This document shows positions 1 through 11,300 of a DNA stretch of 64,000 nucleotides, one piece after another. The position numbers and the translations under genes are program-made. The stretch lies in the NCBI RefSeq assembly GCF_006345805.1, contig NC_042997.1, positions 72,354,001-72,418,000 on the forward strand, read 5' to 3'. Below the pieces are notes generated by a model that saw nothing but the letters and a program-made list of their open reading frames with translations, did no database searches and was not told where the DNA came from. Numbering within the stretch: the stretch's first letter is position 1; each line of letters begins with the position of its first letter. This DNA comes from Octopus sinensis (taxonomy: Eukaryota).

Positions 1-1060
1 TCTACAAACATATACTACAGTCTTCAGTGAAAGGCAGAAGAAATCAGGATTCAAGTTAAAACTGAATACACCAGAGGAGACATTTACACCAAACTGCTAA
101 TTGAGAACACCAATGTGACTTCTATCACAACTTTATTAATTTCAAAAGAAGCCTTTGGCTATATTTGCAATGTGAGATTTCAACTTTGATAATAACTTCA
201 TCCAAGAAACTCTCAAACAGTACAAGTTGCCTGAATAACAACATTGCAGTTAGCTTCAGGAGAACAACTGGAGTTCATAAAGACTGTAATTTCTCTCAAG
301 TACTTTTCAGCATCTGGAAAATCTTTCGTCCAAGGATAATATGGAGCCTTACATCTCCATTTCCATCAGAGGGTGGCCTCATAAAAATGCATTTTGTTGA
401 TGATGTCAACTGAATGGGAAGCAGCAAAACAGAACTCAAGACTGGAAAACGCAGCAGGAATATGTGGAATGGGGATCGATTCAGAAAGGACAAGATGCCT
501 ATCAACAGCCACAGCCAGAATACTGTAACTGACAAATACTGAATGGATAAAATCTTCTTGGAGTGGTCAATCTTAAATGCTTTACATCTACTTTAAGCAA
601 GCATAGCAGCTCAATAAAGAAGATAAATGCAAGATTTAACTTGTCTAAACAGATTATATGTAATAGCTTTCCCATTCCACAAAGCACAAGCTATGTACTC
701 ATTGGCTTTAATCTTTCTGTATGGGTAGGAAAGTTGAACACTTGCAGTTAATGCAAAACAAAGGATCCAGGTGTTCCAGCACAAGTGCTTCAGGAGGCTG
801 CCAAGCAGATTGTAGACAGAATTTCTGCAGTCTTATCAGACAAAAAGTCAGCAAATAGGTTAACAAGCAGGAACACACCTTGTTATAGTGTCACAACTTC
901 CCATCCAAAATCATTCTCCAGAGCAAAAATGCAGAAGGGCAGGCAAATTCTCAGTGGCAAATGATGAGTACTGGATCATCTGGAGTAGCACCCCAACAAC
1001 AAACTGTGCCGGTAACAATAAGCTAATGATGGCAAATAGAACACAAATTATAGATAATAT
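1..1060 (+). mobile_element. Highly degenerate non-LTR retrotransposon (RTE-like) reverse-transcriptase fragment
   Basis: Frameshifted or stop-interrupted RT motifs in the expected order: LYHNFINF-KEAF (~120-160), TGVHKDCNFSQVLF (GVRQGC..SP.LF-like), KMHFVDDVN (FADD-like), and LIFLYG*ES*TLAVNAKQRIQVFQHKCFRRL (RT C-terminal region). Confidence 0.75.
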
Positions 1061-3069
1061 AGGCATCCAAAACATATCTGCATAACTGATGAAGATTAAT
1101 GCTTTAGTTACAAAACTGAACTTAGTCTTAGAAGTAACCAGCAATAAAACTAATGACTCTATTCTATTTAACATATTACCACACATATGAAAGAGAACAA
1201 TTTCTTTTTTTATATTATGAATGTCTATTAACGTTTTTGTTACAAATCTACCAATAGATACCTGAAAAAATTTGGGTAACTGTTACTCATAACTGCCCAA
1301 AGTGACCCTATTCGTATTTTAATGTGAATTTGAGTGCAAATCTTGTTAAAATATTCATGAAAACATATGATTGTACTATGTAAACAGTTAAGTTACACTG
1401 GCCAACATTTTACATGATATCTGAATGCTGCAAATTCTTAAAGATTTTTTCCCTCCACTTCCATTTTCAGAAATGTTTCACTATGGATGAAAACTGGATA
1501 CCAGTTTTATTTTGTCAAGCAGTGAGTTTGAATTTGAGGTATTTTTGAAAGAAGACATAGAAAAATCTAAGAAAATATACGGCAAACATAAAAAGCATGT
1601 GTATGATTCTGAGTTGGATATTTCTATTTCCAAAAGCAAAACAATTCTAACAACAGTTTCAATAGTGATAAAAAGAAGTGAATTTGCATCTGAATATAGT
1701 AAGAATTTTATTTTAAAAATTGTTTCCTTAGCTATTTTTAGGAAGAAATTAGATCTAGCCATTGTCTTTCCAAGAAAATGAAACCCGTAGAATATTTTTT
1801 TCACTTTTTCCTTTGAAGCAGTTACTGCAGAAACAAATCATTATGCAGGACATAGACACAGAGGAAAAAGAAAATTTGAGGTTTCCCCCATACTTGGAAG
1901 AAAGTCAAAAATCCGAGTATCTTCAGAAATATTAATTTCCAATTTTCTTTTTTCAAATTTTCCTCATTTTTATTTATTATTTCCCTGTAAATTAAGATAT
2001 GACAAGTTTGGATTAATTTGTATTGTGAACCATTATTATAGGTGTTTCAGTGTATTAATGCATGTGTGTGAGTTTATTTCATTTAGTTGATGGCATGTAT
2101 TTCATTTCCTAATTTTCTTCAAAAACAAATTCCAGGATTTTGTTCTGCTTCACCAATATAGTAGAGCTGTCTTATGAGCATTAAGTTCAACTGATAGATA
2201 ATCCAGTAATTTTCACAAGTCTTCTATATTGAAATTTTGTTGTATGCTCATTGGATATTAGCGAATAACTCGTTTTTTATGTTGAGGTTTACACAAAATT
2301 TAAATAATTTTATATTTTGTAGTATTCATCTGTAATTAGATTTGCTTAAGTACCTTTTGTTAAATGGTGTTCGAAAAATCACAGTGATATGTTGATTAAT
2401 GAAAAAAAGTTGTTTTGTGATACCAGTCTAAATTCATGATTATTTTAGAATTTAATTTAAGCACTTTTTTTTTGGTTAGCAAATAGTAACGAAAAGATTA
2501 AAGATGTATTGCACACAAAGAAGTGTACATATTAAAACTCAAATAGCATTTTAAAAAAACTAAAATTTTATAAACATGACAACTTAATATACTTTAAATG
2601 CGAAGATACAAAAATTTAAAAAATTAGAAATTGTACTTTTATGATTTTAACCTCATCAAATTCTAATAGTTCAAATACTCAATTTGAACACAACAAAACT
2701 GACATATCTATCATGTATGTAAAAATAATAATTATTGTTATAATGCTAAGTAAATAGGCTAACAGAACATATCTAACAAAAAGAAATTGCTAGGAAATAT
2801 AAAGAAATACATTTTGCTTGTATGGATTGTGAGGTATAGTTGACAGATTTTGAGTTTAGAGTTACTAGGTTTGATCAGACAAGGAAAAAGGAAGCAACTT
2901 TATTTCACAACATGCTTATGATCATTATATACCATCAGAATATAAGAGTTTTCAAAATATCCAAGTTTCACTGATCCAAAAAAGAATTGCTACAGACCAT
3001 TATTTATGATTGTATCTGTTTTGAGGTCATATATATATATGAGTTACAGAAAGGAGTAGATAAGCTCTG

Positions 3070-3150
3070 GGCTACATGTTTCATAGCGAGCAGAACCTCA
3101 GAAGTGTAGATATCAAAGTGAGGTGTATACCACAAGCTATTCTTCAGGCC
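3070..3150 (-). ncRNA. Minimal type-I hammerhead ribozyme motif (PLE-type), intact core
   Basis: Minus strand reads GGC-CUGAAGA-AUAGC..(48 nt)..GCUAU-GAA-ACAUGU-A-GCC: stem I GGC/GCC, perfect 5-bp stem II, palindromic stem III, GUA cleavage triplet. Confidence 0.75.
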
Positions 3151-3212
3151 AAGAATCTTCCATGCATTTAACATGTACCTCCTTGCAACAATGTAAACTT
3201 TCATTTAATCGA

Positions 3213-3297
3213 GATATCCTTGGCCTGAAGAGTAGTCTGTGGTATACACCTTGCTTGGATATTTACCACTTCTGAGGTTCCGCTCGCTATGAAATAT
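3213..3297 (+). repeat. Inverted partner copy of the hammerhead-bearing repeat (degenerate)
   Basis: 3219-3297 is the reverse complement of ~3075-3155: tggcCTGAAGAgtagt...gctatGAAAtatatg. It is cut off at 3' by a SINE. Confidence 0.8.
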
Positions 3298-3299
3298 AT

Positions 3300-3515
3300 G
3301 CAGCGGCAAGCTGGCAGAATCATTAGCACACTGAGTGAAATGTTTAGTGGTATTTCATCTGCCGTTATGCTCTGAGTTCAAATTCCGTTGAGGTCGACTT
3401 CACCTTTCATGGTTGATTAAAAAGTACCAGTTAAGCACTGGGGTCGATGTAATCAACTTAATCCCTTTGTTTGTCCCCTCTATATTTAGCCCCCTGTGGG
3501 CAATGAAGAAATAAA
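3300..3515 (+). mobile_element. tRNA-derived SINE (family A)
   Basis: ggcaagctggcagaatcattagcac...gagttcaaattcc (B-box-like)...aagtaccagttaagcactggggtcgatgtaatcaactta; same family at 27357-27562 (-) and 43258-43460 (+). Confidence 0.75.
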
Positions 3516-3755
3516 TATATGTAGCCCAGATCTTATCTACTACATTCCGTAACTCTTGTATTCTTATTTGCACACCCAGCAACCCTGGCCGCCTGCTGTG
3601 GAATATAAAAATCAGCTTATTGTACTCCGATATAAAAAAAAATCCACATCTTTCCATCTCAATAAACCACTATTGTCCTTGCAAGTTGTTTTTTATATTT
3701 ACTACAGATTACTTAAAGTTAACTTTGTTCTTACAACACAATAGCTGGATCTTAC

Positions 3756-3808
<53 letters not shown>

Positions 3809-4149
3809 AATATATACTGTTGTATACTTCAGACAACATATAAACACAACCAGAAATATGGATTTAATATTTTTCTACTATAACTAAATTCTCATGGATA
3901 CAATGTTTCTTCAATTTTCACACCATAAAATATATCATAAAATATCAACAGTTCATGGAAAAAAAATGTAAAGGAACACTGACATTAACATGGGTAGCCT
4001 GTCAAGATTGTCAAAAGACAAGAATTTGGAAGATAGACAACAAGAACATACCTAACTGAAAACTTGTTTTATCCTGTATGATTCATTCACACACACACAC
4101 ATCATTAGTAACTTTCATTATTCACCATTTTTATTCCCTCCTAGCTGCT

Positions 4150-4317
4150 TAGTTTAGTTTTCATTAACCTTTTATTGAATACATTTAGACCATGTTTACA
4201 TAAACATGAAATAGTAGAAAAACAGCAAGATAGACAAACAAAAACCTCCATAAAACCTATTTATGTTACTAAAGCGATTAACATAAACCAAATTTACTAT
4301 AATCACCAAATACAGCT

Positions 4318-4364
<47 letters not shown>

Positions 4365-5321
4365 TCTGTGAAGGCCATAAAAGATCACGCGGATCAAAAT
4401 ACCTTGGAATATATAACAGCATTTGAACATTTAAAAAAATCAATTTAAATATTTTAAAACAAAAAAATATTCTGCTAGGAATGAATATGAAATTGCTTGT
4501 TATATTTCAACATGCTGTGGTACAAAATGATCATACAAAATAAGCTGAACTAAAGTTAACATTTAAAATAACAAATGTAAATTTGAGACAAATAAGGGCT
4601 TGACATTATTGTGAATTTAAAATACTATCCGTGTCTAGAATTTAGAATATAAATAAGCAATTCAATAGGTTCTGTTTAATCAAAGTGTAATATTGCAAAA
4701 CGAAATTACCATGAACTTTCAAGAATGTGTATAATGAATTTTGATGTTTTGTATATTTTGTTTGAACTGGGAGGAACCTGTTCTTTGGATTTTCAGTGTA
4801 AACGCTGACCTCATCACAGAACCAAAGCTTCCACTCACTAATTCAGACAGCATGGTACTTCAGTACCATTTAAAACTACATGCAGACTGATTTCCTACTC
4901 ATCCAATCCTGTACAATGTTCACAAAGCAACTACAATATTGAATTTCTTTAAAATGATTTTTAATTTACAAAAAGATATCTGGAAATATGTACAGTCCGG
5001 AAAGGATACTCATCATTGCTACCACATTTTATATGAAGCTATAAACTAAAACATATTTCTGATACTAATCAGTTTAATAATTTAAGTGTCCAGAACATGA
5101 CTAGCTTACAGAACATAAATTGAGGAGATTCTAAAAATGCGTATATTTTCTGAGCAAGCACTTTATTTACAGATGGGTATTGTATCTAATACTAACTAAA
5201 CATGTACAAGTAAAATACTACAGTCATTTAGGCAACACAGATTGAAGTATGTCACTAAATGTGCATACAGAATAATGCACAGTTTGAAATCTTGTTTGCA
5301 GTCAATAACTACTATGCATCA
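4150..5321 (-). other. GPS1: Probable CSN1 terminal exon: TGA stop as first codon plus 3' UTR
   Basis: Strong polypyrimidine acceptor ttttgtttcttgctttctttttctaccacag|TGA (acceptor 5324-5322, TGA 5321-5319) in phase 0 after exon ...QVQVK. AATAAA on the minus strand at 5167-5162 and 4176-4171. Confidence 0.55.
4171..4176 (-). promoter_or_regulatory. Candidate polyadenylation signal of CSN1
   Basis: AATAAA on the minus strand followed by U/GU-rich sequence (gtgtgtgtgtg at ~4100-4088). Confidence 0.4.
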
Positions 5322-8300
5322 CTGTGGTAGAAAAAGAAAGCAAGAAACAAAATTATATATATATATATTAAATAATACAAATTGTTTATGATGAGTTTAT
5401 GACAAAAGAAAACAAGCATTTGAATATAAAAAAAGTAAATACTAATATGGAAAAGAAAATCAAATAAAATAAACCCTTGGCCATCAAAACTATGTGGTAA
5501 TCATCTATGAAATATGGTAAACATATATATAATAAGGATAAAATATATTTTGTCTTTGTTTTCCTTATTTCAATTCCTTATCAACAATCATTTGCTTCTT
5601 TTTTTTAATTCCTTCAAACAGATTATAAAAAAAAAAAATTACAAAAATATTGTGAGAGATTTAACAAGATAAACTACATACAGTCATTTGGAAAAGGAGT
5701 TAAAAATATTATCTAAATAAAAAATATAAAATCTGTACAAGATAACTTCTTAAAGAATTCCTTGTACAAATTCTTCCAAGATAAAGGAAGGACTATAATG
5801 GATACAATTTTTATTGTAAATTTTACAAACATTTTTTTCTAATTTTCAATTTAAAAACAAAACTAACTTAACCCTTTAGCATTCAAACTGGCCATATCTG
5901 GCCCAAATATTCTATCTTTTTTTGTTCAAACTGGCCAGGTCCAAGCTCTTACATCTACCATACATTGTCATTCTAAAAATAAACAATCATACCATTGAAA
6001 TCTCAAAACTATGAGATAATTCACAATTAATTCAAAGCAATGTGAATAAATAAGCATCACACTTGACAGAATAATCTGAATGCTAAAGGGTTTAAACAAA
6101 ATAGTGCTATGTTTTCTATCTTTCATCAGCAAACTTTGTTTAAAACTACTTGGTTTGGACAATGTGCTAATAGAGGATGTCAGTTAAATGTTTCCAAAAA
6201 TCATTGATAATTGTTATAAATACTGATAACAAAGATCAAGAGTTTTTGAGTTAAAAATTGCAAACAATACTGACAGACGGATAAAAATTTACATAAAATT
6301 AATAGAATTATAAATGTATTTTATACTTAAGAGGCAGATGAACTCAACAAAAATACAATTTGGACAATTTCTCCTTATCAATGTGTCTCAAAAATTTTCA
6401 ACAGCTTTTCACAAATTTTTAAAATCTACACTTGAGAAAGTACATAAACAGAATCAAATAATTTCTCTTTAGAAAGATAGGTTTTAGAAAATTTCTACAT
6501 AATATCTCACAAATGTATAATACAAATTTGAAGGGATATTTTGATAATATCAATAATTAAACATAGATGGGTATGTATTACTTATGGAAATAACAATAGT
6601 GATACCTATTGATAAAAAAAAACTTTAAAATGTCATCTGTATCAAAAATTCCAAAACTATTATACCCCGTTTTAAAACTGAGAGTAAACAATAAGCACAG
6701 CAGCTTTGGAGCTAATGTTTTATGCTTTAGCATAATTGATAACCCATGACAGAAAACGAGATGAAATCAAAATATTGCTGCATATTAAATCAATCATTTA
6801 ACTTCATATTCATAAAATTCAAAATATTTGTTGCATACATTTTGAAAATCAACTTTTGTTTGTAAGCGAATTAGTTAATTTGTTAAACAAATGGATGGGT
6901 GGCAATTAGCAAAATGGAATGTCTAAAATAGGAAGTAAAAATTTATTTGTTATGCAACCTAAAAATGGGGAAAATGAAATAAATTTGTTTCATAGCTATT
7001 CTAGAGTTAATTCAATCTCTGCTTACCTTCACCTGCACTTGATATTTCAACATAGCTGACCTTAATATCAATGCCTACAAGGAAGAAAAAGAATCAATTT
7101 CAAAATTATAAAAATTAGTTTAAATTTAGAAGAAAAAATAAATAAAATATGAATGAAATCTGATTATGTAAATATTCATTCATTATTTTAAATGGCCCAT
7201 TCAGTGAATAACTTTCATACAAAAAGCTTTATTCCTTCAAAGTCCATCAAAGTCTGGTAGTTTGACTATATTCTGTTTTTCATTCTGCTCAATCAGTAGA
7301 AAAGGCATAGGTAGAAACTCTATAATAAGTACCAGGTGTAAGCTATGGACACATAAGAGGTGCAGCAATATCAAAGGAAGGTTAACTGAGAAGATAGTTT
7401 TTGTGTGACAGATGCACAGGGGCAATAAACACCGAAGATGTATAGAAAACAGATTCCATCACATGCCAGGGGGAAAAACTATAAGTAGTTGATAGCTTCT
7501 GTTACCTAGGTGACCAAGTCAGTAGTGGGGGGGGGGTGCTCTGAGAGCGTAGCTGCTAGAATAAGAATAGCCTGGATAAAGTTCAGAGAGCTCCTACCTC
7601 TGCTGGTAACAAAGGGCTTCTCATTCAGAGTGAAAGGTAGACTGTATGATGCATGTGTGCAAACAGCCATGCTACACAGCAATGAAACATGGGCTGTGAC
7701 TGCTGAGGACATGTGTAGGCTTGAAAGAAATGAAGATAAGAAGCATCAGACTGTGCTGGTATGGTCATGTGTTACATATGGATGAAGACAGTTGTGTGAA
7801 GTGTCACACTGTAACAGTGGGGGGGAACCTGTGTAAGAGGCAGACCCAGGAAGACATGGGAAGAGGTGGTGAAGCATGACCTTCGAACAATGGGCCTTAC
7901 AGAGGTAATGACAAGCAACGGAGACCTTTGGAGATATGCTGTGCTTGAGAAGACCTGGCAAGCCAAATGAGATTGTAGCCATGGCTGATGCCAGTGTTGC
8001 ATAACCGGCCCGCTAAAAAGTACCCTTCAGTCATTGGGTAATATGATGTGCTTGAGAAGACCTGTAGAGTCAAGTAAAATCGTAGTCATGGCCGATGCCA
8101 GTGCTGCCTGACTGACACATAAAAAGCACTATTCGAGCATGGCTGATATCAGTGCTGGTGGTATGTAAAATGCACCATTCAAGTGTGGTTGATGCCAGTG
8201 CTGCCTCACTGGCTCCTGTACCAGTGGCACATAAAAAGCATTATTTGAGCGTGGTCGATGCCGGTCCCACCTGACTGGTTCCGATGCTGGTGGTACATAA

Positions 8301-11300
8301 AAAGCACCCACTACACTCTCAGAGTGGTTGGTGTTAAAAAGGGCATCCAGCTGTAGAAACATTGCCAGATCTGACTGGATCCTGGTGCAGCCTCCTGGCT
8401 TGCCAGTCCTCAGTCAAACCATCCAACCCATGCCAGCATGGAAAGCGGACGTTAATCAATGATGATGATGATGATAGACATATCTATTAATTTAAGAAAT
8501 ATTCCTTGCATTTCAAAATATTTAAACCAGTCAAATGTACTATGGAAATTTAGCACTTAAGAAAGGAGAGGGAAAGCCAGAAATATTTTATTCAACTATT
8601 CTAAATAATACTTACTTTTGTTCGACGTTCATATTCCTGACCCATTGCTATAGATTTTTCAAAAGTTGAACTACGTTGGTCTATATCTTTAGCATACAAT
8701 ATCTAAAGAAATAAAAGAGTAAAATTAAAGCTGCAATACAAATTAAAGCACAAAAGAAATTCAAAACCTTCTTCTAAAAAGATATTAAAACAAATATAGA
8801 TTTTGTTAAAGTAAAAATTTTTAAAATTTTATTACTGTTTATAGGGAGATGAATGCAGAACAGGAGTGAAATAGTTTTTCACAAAAATATGCATTTGTTC
8901 AATGATTGAGTAATTGCAATTAGACCCTTCTTCCTACTAAGCATTCAGTAGTTAAATAGGAATAGAACATGTTTGTTAATAAAGCAAGCAATATTACACA
9001 CACTGCTAGAAAGTACAAACAAGACTTAAATAAAAATGGATATGATAAATTTGAATACTTATACATCTAAAAGTAACTGGCATTAATTAATATCAACTTC
9101 AAGCAGCTTACGTTATATACAATTTTCACCAGGTAGTGTGTTGACTTATTTATATATATAACTATATACTTCATAAAAACCAATGTATCATTAATCCTTT
9201 TGTTACCATATTTCTTTCAAAATACACTGCTATTGTTTTAATTAATTTTTAAAATAATGAAGAATTTAGTAAAATATTTTTGTCATTATTATATAAGTGT
9301 GGAACAGAAAGTATTGAAGGAAGATTTAAATTTAGATCAGGTTAGAACAAAAGTTTGCTTCATAGAAACAAAGGCAGTCTCAGGTGAGTTGGTAACAAAT
9401 AGGTTTTGATGATTAAGAAATGTTTCATTCTCTAAAATCAGTTAAATGAATTATTCACTAACTAAAGTATAATATAAAAGTATGACTTCTATGGTTTAAT
9501 ATTTTTAAAAATATCTCTACATACCTATATTAATCCTCAATAAAAGTAACCTAATAACTTAGGTAGGCTTTTATTTTCTGTGAACATTATAAAACCTTTT
9601 AGAGGATTTGTATATACAAGACTTACAACCAAAAAGAAGCTCATTATTTTATATATTTCTGCAACATTTTTTTTTATTATTATTGTTTCCATTGGTAAAA
9701 ATTTACATGAATATTTTCTCTTTAACAACTTTCCAACACTGGCAATTATAAGACATGTTAGTAATGGCCCTCAAACTAAGCTAAAATATTAACCAAACTA
9801 CTGTCATTGCTCAAACAGAGTCAACTGATGCTGAGTGGAGCAGAAAACAGATTTTGCAAACTTAACCACTAAAATTTTTTTTAATATGACTTGCATTGAA
9901 ACAATTATTTGAGATTAACAGGAAATTTTTAATAAAAGATTAGCTTACAAATTTAGCATTGTATTTCAATGTAAAGTGCTAAATGATATATATAAATAAT
10001 AAGTACAAGATAGAATTTAAAAAATCTTAAGTGAAGCACCCTCTCCGAACATTTTGCCATGTCAGAATAGGTAAGACAATTTCCAAACATTGCAACAAAT
10101 AATATTGATGATTAATGGGTATTTGTTTTTACAGCTAAATGCTCTTTTCTTTACTAATTTTTCAAACATGATGTCAATACAATATTTGTAGCAATTAAAG
10201 TAATTTGAGAAAAACTATGCTAACATACTCTGGATGATTGTAGCATAATCACTACATACAATATATGTTACTTAAGAGTTTATTTTAAAAGAGTCATAAT
10301 TTAGCTTATAAAAATGATTTGGAGAAAGCTGAATGTTTCTGAAAAGAAAACACCACAATATGAAGAATATAAATATCATAATACCTTGTTGTGGGAGTCT
10401 ATTCTAGCATTAATTTGCCCATCCAATATGAGCTGCATTAATTCATCTTCCAGATCTTTGACATTTGTATTAAAAGCATCTGCCATTTTATGCATTTCAG
10501 CAGATAAATAAGGACTAAAATACTGAAAAAGAAAATAATTATGGTCTTTACAAAACCTAAACTTCAAAATTTTAAGAAAGCAAATCTGAGAAGTGATGTC
10601 CATGTGTTTTTAAAAGTACTGACTTAATTTTTATATGCATAGTCTTCTTTTAATGGTGATATATATATATATATATATATACGCACATACATTTTCTATA
10701 TATAAAGGGTCCTACCTAAACACTAGATCACATCCTCACAAAAAAAAAAAAAATTATTCTATTTGTGAACAGTTTGTGCATAAAAGATATGCTGGGAGAA
10801 TAGAAACAAGGCTAGTATCAGTTTTGAACTTAGAATCTGGACACACCAAATTTGATCTCATAAATCATCTTGATCTAGCTCTTTGTGACAAGTACATCAC
10901 CTTCATAACAATGATAATATAAACAATGGAGATAATTCCTTTTATAAGTTTCAAAGTATTAGAAAGAAGTAAGAAATTGTAATTGCCATACTTGTTAGTT
11001 TTAACAACATGAATTATAAATGAGACTGGATAACAAGATCATCTCATCAGGAATTTACCTCAGGTTTATATGAGACACAGCAATGAGAATAATTTATATT
11101 AAGAAAAGCAGATAACAACAAAGAATCTTTGGTAAACAATCTTCATATTTTTTAAAGCATACAACACACCCACCACACCCCCACCATTTTTAATGCTTAC
11201 TTTTCCATGCTTGCATGGGTCAGATGTGAATATGCTGAGGAAGAGTTTTCTAAGGCTAGATACTCTCCTTGTGGCCAACTCCCACTTGTTTTCATGTGAA

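Noticed and set aside
911-1186. Hydrophobic 91-aa minus-strand ORF suggesting a membrane protein
   Set aside because: It overlaps the antisense of a degenerate LINE RT on the + strand; no family motif or splice context.
3300-3400. tRNA-like A/B boxes as a tRNA gene
   Set aside because: No cloverleaf; these are heads of multi-copy SINEs.
6664-6700. Possible extra CSN1 acceptor (ttactctcag|TTTTAA)
   Set aside because: It gives only F-stop and is weaker than the 5324 acceptor; no supporting evidence.
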